NCBI GenBank assembly: GCA_947459415.1
Contig: CANHDN010000002.1
Span: 163 to 64,162 of the forward strand
Reading direction: 5' to 3'
DNA from: Bacteroidota bacterium
Lineage (GTDB): Bacteria > Bacteroidota > Bacteroidia > UKL13-3
DNA length: 64,000 nt
Part shown: one piece after another, positions 19,427-27,216 of the stretch
Position numbering within the stretch: the first letter of the stretch is position 1
Layout: every line of letters starts with the position of its first letter
The notes under the pieces: model-generated
The model's database searches: none
What the model was told of the DNA's origin: nothing
Seen by the model: only the letters and a program-made list of their open reading frames with translations
Position numbers and translations under genes: made by a program

Positions 19427-19468
19427 GGCAGGTATGAAGAACTTATTCTTTTTACCTGCCTTTTTTTT
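19427..19468 (+). terminator. terminator-like hairpin plus T8 after the peroxiredoxin gene, overlapping the next start codon
   Basis: The sequence is GGCAGGTA-(18 nt loop)-TACCTGCC followed by TTTTTTTT. The ATG of the next ORF (19434) lies inside the hairpin. Confidence 0.5.
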
Positions 19469-20717
19469 GTTCACCCTGGTAGGTTCAGCCCAAGAAAATT
19501 CCATCATAGAGGTGCCGCTCACGCAGTACGCCAAAGACGATCGATTTGACAAATATCAAATTACATTAGCCCTTTTTGAAGTAAAAGGAGACACCATTCA
19601 ATCTATGGATTTTGAGGGTACTCGACCCATTCAAGCCATAGTTATAAAGAAGCCACAAGGTCCTAAACAATTTGCATATGGTAACCTATTTTTTAGCGGA
19701 AGTAAAAATGCCTATAATCCGGGTTATGTAAGCGTATTAGTTGGCAATCCATACCATCGTAACCCCATTTTATATATTGATCACAATCAAAATTTTGATT
19801 TTTCTGATGATACCAGTTATCAACTCCCCTATTTTGAGGAAAAGCCTTTATCCTTGGAATTATACAATGCAAATAATCTGGAAGGGAAAATTAAAATACT
19901 ATTGTCTAGAACTAGGCCATACGGACAAAAATATGAATTTAGAAAATATATGGACGAATACTACGCCATGGCCTATCCAGGAAGAAAATTCATGGGTTTT
20001 GAGTTTTGCTACAGAGAACAAAGGTATATTGCACGAACAGGCCAGGTAAAACAAGAAAAAGAATCTTTTACAATTGGGCTTTTAGATGCGAATGCGAATG
20101 GACTCTATAATGATGCAGAGATAGACAAAATTCTTTTCGTAAATTCGAGTGATACCGTATTAGATGCTACTAATCCGCTAAATTTTGTTGTATTTTCAAA
20201 AACAGGAAAACCCAATTATTTCGAAAAAAACAACAAACTCTATCAAGTTATTGAAGTGGATGCTGCCGGAAAATTCATTAAAATAAAAGAAAGCAATGAT
20301 TTGGTAGATTTTAATAGGATTGAAATAGGCAAAAAAGTTCCTAAAGTAAAACTGACTCCTGCCAAAGGAAATGCGTTTAAATTGAACTCCTTAAGAAGAA
20401 AAGAAGTATATATTTATTTTGGAAACAAAAGTGCTAAAAACTTCCATTCAGACACACTTCTCCTCAGGCAAATTGCGCAATTAAACCCAAATAAATTAAA
20501 GGTTATATGTGTTTTATATGTCAATAAGAGTTATGAACTTCGCATATTCAACAGCGATGCAACGCCTAATTATTACCTCGTTTATGGCACCAAAGAACTA
20601 AGCACCAAATTAGGAATAAATAGCCTTCCGCAATATTTATATGTAGGCAAAAAAAGGCGCGTAAAAGCTTATGGCATAAACCCAAATGAGTTCATACGGA
20701 ATTATTATAAAAAATAA
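19434..20717 (+). CDS. secreted hypothetical protein with C-terminal thioredoxin-like (TlpA-like) fold lacking the CxxC site
   Basis: The product has a signal peptide (FTLVGSAQ). The last ~130 aa follow the TlpA/ResA layout (KVPKVKLTPAKGNAFKLNSL..KEVYIYFG...LPQYLYVGKKRRV), but FGNKSAKNF replaces the W-C-x-x-C position. Confidence 0.45.
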   Translation: MKNLFFLPAFFLFTLVGSAQENSIIEVPLTQYAKDDRFDKYQITLALFEVKGDTIQSMDFEGTRPIQAIVIKKPQGPKQFAYGNLFFSGSKNAYNPGYVSVLVGNPYHRNPILYIDHNQNFDFSDDTSYQLPYFEEKPLSLELYNANNLEGKIKILLSRTRPYGQKYEFRKYMDEYYAMAYPGRKFMGFEFCYREQRYIARTGQVKQEKESFTIGLLDANANGLYNDAEIDKILFVNSSDTVLDATNPLNFVVFSKTGKPNYFEKNNKLYQVIEVDAAGKFIKIKESNDLVDFNRIEIGKKVPKVKLTPAKGNAFKLNSLRRKEVYIYFGNKSAKNFHSDTLLLRQIAQLNPNKLKVICVLYVNKSYELRIFNSDATPNYYLVYGTKELSTKLGINSLPQYLYVGKKRRVKAYGINPNEFIRNYYKK

Positions 20718-20745
20718 ATTCTAATTGAATAGATATTTACTTTGT

Positions 20746-21501
20746 TTACCAGCTTCCTCCTGCTCCACCCCCACCAAAACTACCGCCGCCAAATCCGCCA
20801 AATCCACCACTGCTGCTGCCAAAATCACTACCACTGCTATATCCTCTGCTTCCAAAGGTCCCTATAAATGGAGTGGGGCCATGCAAACCGCCATTTCCTC
20901 CCTTTCCTCTACCTCTATTGGCTAGAATGAACATTAAAATTATAAATGACAAAATGATAAAAGTACTGATAAAACCTCCTTCGGCATCACCTTCTGAACC
21001 AAAATCTTCATTTACAAATTCACCAGATGCCTTTTTCATGATTAAGGTAGTGGCTTGTTCTAAGCCCTCATAATATGCTTGCTGTTTAAAATTTGGTTTA
21101 ATAACTTCTTCAATGAGTCTGCGCGAAAAAGCATCTGTAATACTTCCTTCTAAACCATATCCGTTTTGAATTCTTATTTTCCGATCACCAATGGCAATGT
21201 AAATTAACAAGCCATTATTTTTACCTGCCATTCCAATTTGCCAAGTTTCGGCCAAGCGTTGACTATAATCGAAATCATCATCGCCCTCTAAACTTTGCTC
21301 AATAACGATGGCAATTTGAGTTGAGGTACTATCACTATATGCCTTTAATTTTGATTCCAGGGCTGCATTTTCTTCCGCACTTAACACATTAATAAAATCA
21401 TTTACTAAGCGCGGAGGATTAGGCTTTGCCGGAATTTCTTTGGCATGCAACAAGATGGCAACCCATGAAAAAACAAGTAATACTAAAAATCTCTTAATCA
21501 T
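20746..21501 (-). CDS. TPM domain-containing protein (YgcG-like) with TM helix and Gly-rich tail
   Basis: A signal peptide is followed by a TPM/phosphatase-like domain (QIAIVIEQSLEGDD...GLLIYIAIGDRKIRIQNGYGLEG) and a TM helix. The tail is GSSSGGFGGFGGGSFGGGGAGGSW. I place the start at MIKRF (21501). Confidence 0.75.
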   Translation of the reverse strand: MIKRFLVLLVFSWVAILLHAKEIPAKPNPPRLVNDFINVLSAEENAALESKLKAYSDSTSTQIAIVIEQSLEGDDDFDYSQRLAETWQIGMAGKNNGLLIYIAIGDRKIRIQNGYGLEGSITDAFSRRLIEEVIKPNFKQQAYYEGLEQATTLIMKKASGEFVNEDFGSEGDAEGGFISTFIILSFIILMFILANRGRGKGGNGGLHGPTPFIGTFGSRGYSSGSDFGSSSGGFGGFGGGSFGGGGAGGSW

Positions 21502-21937
21502 GTTTACCTCCAAAAGAAATCGCATCATTTAATTCGTTTTTATCGTCTGTTTGATACGGAAAATATACTTTCAATTTTTCACCAACTTTTTCAATGGCTT
21601 TAGCTAATCCTAAAGCATATTCATTCTTTTTAAAATAGCTTATTAAGAGGTCTTTTTCTGATCGCCAAAAATCATCTCCAACTTTTTCATGAATACCTGC
21701 ATCGCCAATAATCGCTAATTTTTGATTGTTATATGCCAAATAAATAAGAACGGCGTTCTTTTGAGCAGTTTGATGCATACCTAATTCAAAAAATATTTCT
21801 TTTGCGCGATCCATAGGATCTGTTGCAACATGTGCTTCAATATGCACCCTAATTTCGCCAGAGGTTTCCTTTTCTGCCGCTTGAATGGCTGCAACAATTT
21901 GGGCTTGATCTTTTTCCGAAAAATTCTCTTTTGCCAT
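21494..21937 (-). CDS. TPM domain-containing protein (cytoplasmic-type)
   Basis: The TPM-domain pattern is present (SGEIRVHIE...NAVLIYLAYNNQKLAIIGDAGIHEKV). I place the start at MAKENF (21937). The gene overlaps the downstream TPM gene by 8 nt. Confidence 0.7.
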   Translation of the reverse strand: MAKENFSEKDQAQIVAAIQAAEKETSGEIRVHIEAHVATDPMDRAKEIFFELGMHQTAQKNAVLIYLAYNNQKLAIIGDAGIHEKVGDDFWRSEKDLLISYFKKNEYALGLAKAIEKVGEKLKVYFPYQTDDKNELNDAISFGGKHD

Positions 21938-21997
21938 AAAATAGCGTTTAAAAGAAAAGGTTGCCAAATGGCAACCTTTTCCAATGATGATTCTTTA

Positions 21998-22588
21998 TTA
22001 AAATTTAACTTCAGGTGCTTTTTCTGCCCCTTTTTCAGCTTCGAAATAGCCTTTTTTATCAAAACCAAACATACCAGCGTACAGTATCTGCGGGAATTTT
22101 CGTATGTATGAATTGTAGTCCTTAACAACATCGTTAAACTTACCTCTTTCAACAGCAATTCTATTTTCAGTACCCTCTAATTGAGATTGCAATTCAAGAA
22201 AATTCTGTGTAGCTTTTAATTGCGGGTATTGCTCTGCAACTACCATTAAGCGACCCAAAGCCTGACTCAATTCTCCTTGTGAGGCTTGGAATTTTTGAAG
22301 TTGATCCGGACTTAATTTACTCGCATCAACTTTCATTTGAGTGGCACTTGCTCTGGCATTGATAACATCTGTTAATGTTTTTTGTTCAAAATTGGCAACA
22401 CCCTTCACCGTATTCACCAAATTAGGAATCAAGTCTACTCTGCGCTGATACACATTTTCTACTTGAGCCCAAGCAGAGCTGGTAGCTTCTTGTTTATTTA
22501 CCATGCTGTTGTATGAACCACAGCCGTTAAATACTAATAATAACAAAACTGCACCAATTACCAAAAGGATAATATTACTTCTTTTCAT
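21998..22588 (-). CDS. lemA: LemA family protein
   Basis: The 196-aa product has an N-terminal lipoprotein/TM segment, and YNSMV...AWAQVENVYQRRVDLIPNLV...RIAVERGKFNDVVKDYN is the classic LemA signature. Confidence 0.85.
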   Translation of the reverse strand: MKRSNIILLVIGAVLLLLVFNGCGSYNSMVNKQEATSSAWAQVENVYQRRVDLIPNLVNTVKGVANFEQKTLTDVINARASATQMKVDASKLSPDQLQKFQASQGELSQALGRLMVVAEQYPQLKATQNFLELQSQLEGTENRIAVERGKFNDVVKDYNSYIRKFPQILYAGMFGFDKKGYFEAEKGAEKAPEVKF

Positions 22589-22665
22589 GTTAAAAATGTT
22601 TGTTTGAGTATAGCAAGATACAAATGTTTATCCAAATTCCTGTCACTGACAAAAAGTCAAATACA

Positions 22666-22695
22666 GCTATTAGCTCTTAGCTTTTAGCCTTTAGC
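22666..22695 (-). repeat. copy 1 of a dispersed 30-nt heptad-periodic element
   Basis: The minus strand reads GCTAAAGGCTAAAAGCTAAGAGCTAATAGC. It matches the 43340-43369 copy and the 43452-43481 copy at 26 of 30 positions each. Confidence 0.7.
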
Positions 22696-23771
22696 TAAAA
22701 ATGACGATTAATGGCAGTTAGTATTTTATTGGCGGGAAGCTCTTCCATGCAGGAAGTTCCATCTAGGCAAGAGCCACGGTAGAAACATTTGCAAGCTTTA
22801 TCGGGCATTACAATTTCGCCTTTACCAAATAAATCAAACTCATGCGGATTAAAGATATTATTCATGAGAATTATCTTTTTGCCCAAGGCCAGCGTAATAT
22901 GCATACCCATAGTAACTTGGGTTACAATCAAATCACATTGGTTTACCAAATTAATAAACTCGGCCAAACTAAAATACCCCAAATAGGCTGCGCCCGTTTT
23001 ATCTCTTATTTCATGGTTGCGTGCATCTTCTGCCTCGCCACCTAAGAGTAAAATATGCACATCTGGATGCTGAGCCTGCAATAAATTCACCAATTCAACC
23101 CATTTATCTATGGTCCACAAACGGGTTGTCCATCTGCCGCCACAACCCGTATTTAAGCCAATAATTTTCTTTCCCTCTGGCAAATTCCAGGTATAACCCT
23201 TATCATCATGAACGTCCATTAAATAGGGCTCGCCTTGGTGTTCAAAACCACATATTTCAAATATTTCTTGCAAATAACTTTTGGTATTTGCCTTACTCAC
23301 ATCATCAAACATACCCGTGCTAAACTTATGATAAGCCAACTCATTTACAGGTTGTATTTCATTATCTTTAAGCACATAACCATACTTCTCTTTGGCATCC
23401 AACATTTTTAATAAGGCACCCGCCTCTTTTTCTTTATCCAAATTAATGGCAATATCCCATGAGCCTTGCTGAGCATATAAAATTGCGTTCATATCCCATT
23501 TCAAAATTTCATCAATTTCTTTGGCTGGCAAAATTTCAGGGGTCCAGGTTATCCAGGTAATTTTACAATTAGGATACAACTTTTTGTATTTAACAAGCAA
23601 AGGAGTGGTTCTAATGACATCTCCAATGGCACCTAATTTTATGATAAGAATTCGCTTAGAAACAGGAGTATAAGCCTCACAATTTGAACAATGGTAACCA
23701 TGTTTCTTATGTGGATTACATGGGATATGGCCTTTAAAATGTAAACAATCTGCTTGATATGGTATGCTCAT
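22695..23771 (-). CDS. glycosyltransferase family 9 (heptosyltransferase-like) with Cys/His-rich termini
   Basis: The GT9 core is present (ILIIKLGAIGDVIRTTPL...GLNTGCGGRW...LLLGG...). It is flanked by an N-terminal C-x7-C...HCSNC segment and a C-terminal CKCFYRGSCLDGTSC segment. Confidence 0.75.
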   Translation of the reverse strand: MSIPYQADCLHFKGHIPCNPHKKHGYHCSNCEAYTPVSKRILIIKLGAIGDVIRTTPLLVKYKKLYPNCKITWITWTPEILPAKEIDEILKWDMNAILYAQQGSWDIAINLDKEKEAGALLKMLDAKEKYGYVLKDNEIQPVNELAYHKFSTGMFDDVSKANTKSYLQEIFEICGFEHQGEPYLMDVHDDKGYTWNLPEGKKIIGLNTGCGGRWTTRLWTIDKWVELVNLLQAQHPDVHILLLGGEAEDARNHEIRDKTGAAYLGYFSLAEFINLVNQCDLIVTQVTMGMHITLALGKKIILMNNIFNPHEFDLFGKGEIVMPDKACKCFYRGSCLDGTSCMEELPANKILTAINRHF

Positions 23772-23872
23772 AAGTAGGTCTATTTTTCAATGTGACTGAA
23801 TCAAAATAGGATTCAAACGTAATATGGCAAACTTATGGTTTCAGGCGTAAAAAAAAAATATGATACATGTAA

Positions 23873-24367
23873 TTATGGCTGATAAGTTCTCTTTACCCAA
23901 AACACCATTATTCCAAAAGCTATAAGATATAGGATACCAGGGAATAAATATTCATGAAAAAACGGGAAACTAGCAGGATAAAACATTTTGATTTGAACCA
24001 AGGCATATAGTCGCAACATATTAGCTATAAAAAGCAATAGCAAGGATACTGGCACTACCCACACATAATCTTTAGACTTACCTTTAAAGGCAATTAGAAA
24101 AGCAAGTAAACTCATGGCAACACTTATTCCGTTACAAGCTTCTTTTATATTTACAACGGGTTTATTATCCAATAAAAATTGCACTTTTGCCTCTCCTAGT
24201 ATTTCTCTAAAATCTGCGTTTAAAAAAAACCAAGTAAGCACTTTGCTGGTATATAAACTTGCAGGATCTATCGCAGGATTATAAAAATCTAAATATACCG
24301 TATAAGATAATTGCAGCAATAAGTAGCTTCCTAAAAACAAAAAAATAAATTTGAAAGCATTTGGCAT
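23873..24367 (-). CDS. xrtF: exosortase family protein XrtF
   Basis: The 164-aa polytopic membrane protein carries the exosortase catalytic-type residues in context: Cys in EACNGISV, Arg in ANMLRLY and His in FFHEYL. Its size fits the short Bacteroidota XrtF subclass. Confidence 0.7.
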   Translation of the reverse strand: MPNAFKFIFLFLGSYLLLQLSYTVYLDFYNPAIDPASLYTSKVLTWFFLNADFREILGEAKVQFLLDNKPVVNIKEACNGISVAMSLLAFLIAFKGKSKDYVWVVPVSLLLLFIANMLRLYALVQIKMFYPASFPFFHEYLFPGILYLIAFGIMVFWVKRTYQP

Positions 24368-24379
24368 TTGTTTTACTGA

Positions 24380-24862
24380 TTATCTGATCATCAACAAATT
24401 AAGCACTTCATTTAAATACCGAGCATCCATTTCATCAAAATGATTGAGGTATTCACTGTCTATGTCTAGCACAGCAATAATTTCCTGTTTAGCATCAAAC
24501 ATGGGAAGAACTATTTCTGATAAACTCGCACTAGAACAGGCGATATGTCCGGGAAACTCATGCACATTTGGCACAATGATGGTTTTTTTTGCTTCCCAAG
24601 CACTTCCACAAACTCCTTTGCCAAAAGCTATGCGGGTACAAGCAACAGGGCCTTGGAATGGACCTAGAACTAATTCATTATTTTTAACCAAATAAAAGCC
24701 AACCCACCACCAATTGAAAGCTTCCTTTAAGAAGGCACAAGTGTTGGCTAGGTTGGCTATCCGGTCTTCTTCTCCCTGAACCAAAGCTTTTAACTGAGGT
24801 AGGATTTGAAGGTATTTTTCTTCTTTCCCTAAACTTTTATCTAGATGTAGGGATTGTGACAT
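24380..24862 (-). CDS. msrC: GAF domain protein, free methionine-(R)-sulfoxide reductase type
   Basis: The 160-aa single GAF domain carries the fRMsr/YebR-type motif GPVACTRIAFGKGVCG and downstream Cys residues. Confidence 0.7.
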   Translation of the reverse strand: MSQSLHLDKSLGKEEKYLQILPQLKALVQGEEDRIANLANTCAFLKEAFNWWWVGFYLVKNNELVLGPFQGPVACTRIAFGKGVCGSAWEAKKTIIVPNVHEFPGHIACSSASLSEIVLPMFDAKQEIIAVLDIDSEYLNHFDEMDARYLNEVLNLLMIR

Positions 24863-25074
24863 TATTTAGCAGCGGCTTGCGTAGTATCTGCAGAAGTGGT
24901 AGCAGTTTCAGCAGCAGGTGCTTCTGCACTTACATTTGCTCTATTAACTGAATAATCAGCCTTTTCAGACTTGTATTGTTCGTTTGTTTCTAATGTTTTT
25001 TGAGCTTCTGCAGTTCCATAATGACAAGCACTAAAAGTGGCAGCGAAAGCAATAGCAATAAATAATTTCTTCAT
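24862..25074 (-). CDS. small lipoprotein (70 aa), hypothetical
   Basis: The product has a lipobox (FSAC) and an Ala/Thr-rich tail. Its stop overlaps the ATG of the next gene (TAATG), which suggests translational coupling. Confidence 0.55.
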   Translation of the reverse strand: MKKLFIAIAFAATFSACHYGTAEAQKTLETNEQYKSEKADYSVNRANVSAEAPAAETATTSADTTQAAAK

Positions 25075-25116
25075 GTTAGTATGGTTATAATCCTTTGTTT
25101 ATGCAATTAAGGCATG

Positions 25117-25149
25117 CAAATATAAAATTTTGAATCACTTTATCCCAAA
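25117..25149 (-). promoter_or_regulatory. candidate sigma-A promoter for the lipoprotein-GAF-XrtF operon
   Basis: The minus strand reads TTTG-N21-TATATTTG, an exact match to the TTTG/TAnnTTTG consensus. It lies about 40 nt upstream of the lipoprotein ATG. Confidence 0.55.
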
Positions 25150-25181
25150 TTCAATCATTGAAAACCTTAATTAATTCAAGC

Positions 25182-26117
25182 TTACTTCAATTCAAACTCT
25201 GTGGCACCAATTTTAAAGCCTTCGCAATATAATTCTGCTTTATAGTTTCCTTTTACAAACTCACTTCCCTTTTCCCAATAAATACTTACTGTTTGAGCTT
25301 CTGAATTAAAATCGATTACTTTTTTGGAACTATAGAGCGACTCAACGTTTTGGTATTGAAAGGTTCCTGAACCAGCTGCTTGATTATATACGGTTGCTCC
25401 ATCTGGCCCTATAACCTTTAAAAAGATTTCTTTTTTACCTTGCTCACTTACATAATTTTCATTTACTTTAAACGTAAGTTTCAATTGAGTCATTTGACTT
25501 ACCCTAATGGTTTCTTTCTCTTTGCCATTGCTGCGCAATTTAACTCCAGTTACAAAAATATTCTCTGCATTTAATTTAGCTCCAATTGCCACTTTATTGC
25601 TCAAGCGCGCAATGTCCATATTCAAATTTTCATTTTTACGCTTTTGCTTGTCAATATCTGTTTTTAAGGTTTTATTTTCTTGATTTAAAACCAAGATCAC
25701 ACTGCTTAAAGAGTCTATCTGGCCGATATATTTGCGCTTGTAGTATCTCAATAAATCTAGTTCATCATTGGCTTTCTCTAATTCTTGTTTGGTTAAATTA
25801 CCTTTTCGCAACATCTTTTCAATTTTATCTGCAAAAAGCTGTAAAGAGTCATTTTTTTCTCTCAAAAACTGATCTAATTCAGCATTTTTTCCCTTGTATT
25901 CTGTGAGCTCTAATTCGGTTTCATTCAATACCGTTTCTAACTCAGCCCTGGCGGAGTCTGATTGAAACAACTCCACTTCTTTAAAAGATAACTTTTTATC
26001 TGTTTTAAAATAATTTAAAGTAAAAAATCCTAGCAACAACATAAGTAAGATATTAATTACTGTCTGCAGGATGATAATGATGCGATACTTCTTAATTTTA
26101 TTTTCTCCACTTTCCAT
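25182..26117 (-). CDS. membrane-anchored coiled-coil protein with C-terminal beta-rich domain, hypothetical
   Basis: After MESGENK there is one TM helix. About 150 aa of heptad-rich E/K/L sequence follows, then a beta-type C-terminal domain (IFLKVIGPDG...YKAELYCEGFKIG). I place the start at 26117. Confidence 0.6.
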   Translation of the reverse strand: MESGENKIKKYRIIIILQTVINILLMLLLGFFTLNYFKTDKKLSFKEVELFQSDSARAELETVLNETELELTEYKGKNAELDQFLREKNDSLQLFADKIEKMLRKGNLTKQELEKANDELDLLRYYKRKYIGQIDSLSSVILVLNQENKTLKTDIDKQKRKNENLNMDIARLSNKVAIGAKLNAENIFVTGVKLRSNGKEKETIRVSQMTQLKLTFKVNENYVSEQGKKEIFLKVIGPDGATVYNQAAGSGTFQYQNVESLYSSKKVIDFNSEAQTVSIYWEKGSEFVKGNYKAELYCEGFKIGATEFELK

Positions 26118-26228
26118 GCTACAAAAATAGAGATAGATTCTGAATATGGAACATCCTTTATCCACCAAGAATAGATAACTACATATTTTTGTGGGCGATT
26201 TCTTATCATTGCGATAAAATTTACAACA

Positions 26229-26771
26229 TTGAAAATCACAAGTACTCCCCTTGAAGGCATTTTAATAATTGAACCTCAAATATTTAAAGATACAAGAGGT
26301 TATTTTTATGAAAGTTATAACGAAAATAAAATGCACGCAGCTGGAATTACGCTGAATTTTGTGCAAGACAATCAATCGTTCTCGCAAAAAGGCGCCATTC
26401 GCGGTTTACACTTTCAGGCTCCTCCTTTTGAACAAGGTAAATTGGTGCGCGTTGTTGCAGGTGCAGTGAGAGATGTAGTGGTAGATATCCGTAAAAATTC
26501 ACCTACCTATGGACAACATTTTTCAATAGACCTAAGTGCAGAAAACCAATTAATGTTTTGGATTCCGCCAGGTTTTGCACATGGATTTGAAACCTTAGCA
26601 GATAATACCATTTTCTTATATAAATGCACCAATCTTTACCATAAGGAATCTGAAGGAGGATTGCTTTGGAACGACCCAGAAATTGGGATTAAGTGGGAAA
26701 CCACCAACGCGATTGTATCTGATAAAGACATCCTTTTACCTTCACTTAAAGATTTTATTTCACCTTTTTAG
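26229..26771 (+). CDS. rfbC: dTDP-4-dehydrorhamnose 3,5-epimerase
   Basis: PLEGILIIEPQIFKDTRGYFYESY...RGLHFQ...KLVRVV.G...DVVVDIR..SPTYG are RmlC hallmarks. The start codon is TTG. Confidence 0.9.
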   Translation: MKITSTPLEGILIIEPQIFKDTRGYFYESYNENKMHAAGITLNFVQDNQSFSQKGAIRGLHFQAPPFEQGKLVRVVAGAVRDVVVDIRKNSPTYGQHFSIDLSAENQLMFWIPPGFAHGFETLADNTIFLYKCTNLYHKESEGGLLWNDPEIGIKWETTNAIVSDKDILLPSLKDFISPF

Positions 26772-26780
26772 ATTAACTTT

Positions 26781-27209
26781 ATGAAATTAATTTTCAGCAT
26801 CATTTTATTCACTTGCAGCCAACTAATTCATGCGCAAACTGCAAACGAAGTTGTTACTGAAAAAACCATTGAAGTTGGACAAAAACTTCGAATAAAACCA
26901 TGCAAACCTGGCCAAACAGAGTTTGTCTCCATGGATGTATATGCCCGAACAAAACCTTATCATACGAAAGCTGTAAATAAAAATACGGGTGAAGGGCTTA
27001 TGCAAGCATTTTTTAATGATAAAAGTATTGATGCCAAAAGACTTCCTTGTGTGATGGGAAACCATGCATACACCATAGCTGCTTATCATGAATTTGAGGT
27101 AGCTGGAAAAGTAAAAAGAGTGGTACTTTGCTATACGAGCTATCCACTTACACTCATTTGGATTGAATTAGATAAGGCCATAGACCTAGGCGAAATAGAC
27201 TTTGAGTAA
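26781..27209 (+). CDS. secreted hypothetical protein (142 aa)
   Basis: The product has a signal peptide (QLIHAQT). I recognise no family. Confidence 0.5.
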   Translation: MKLIFSIILFTCSQLIHAQTANEVVTEKTIEVGQKLRIKPCKPGQTEFVSMDVYARTKPYHTKAVNKNTGEGLMQAFFNDKSIDAKRLPCVMGNHAYTIAAYHEFEVAGKVKRVVLCYTSYPLTLIWIELDKAIDLGEIDFE

Positions 27210-27216
27210 ATAACGC

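Noticed and set aside
20725-21073. Plus-strand ORFs run opposite the Gly-rich tail of the TPM protein, and the ORF at 43612-43818 runs opposite the Lys/Ala-rich tail of the DUF5606 protein.
   Set aside because: These are mirror-image low-complexity translations of repetitive codons on the coding strand.
21781-22158. A highly basic 125-aa minus-strand ORF and a 93-aa plus-strand ORF bridge the lemA / TPM junction.
   Set aside because: They overlap the well-supported LemA and TPM reading frames out of frame. The basic composition is the expected by-product of AT-rich sequence.
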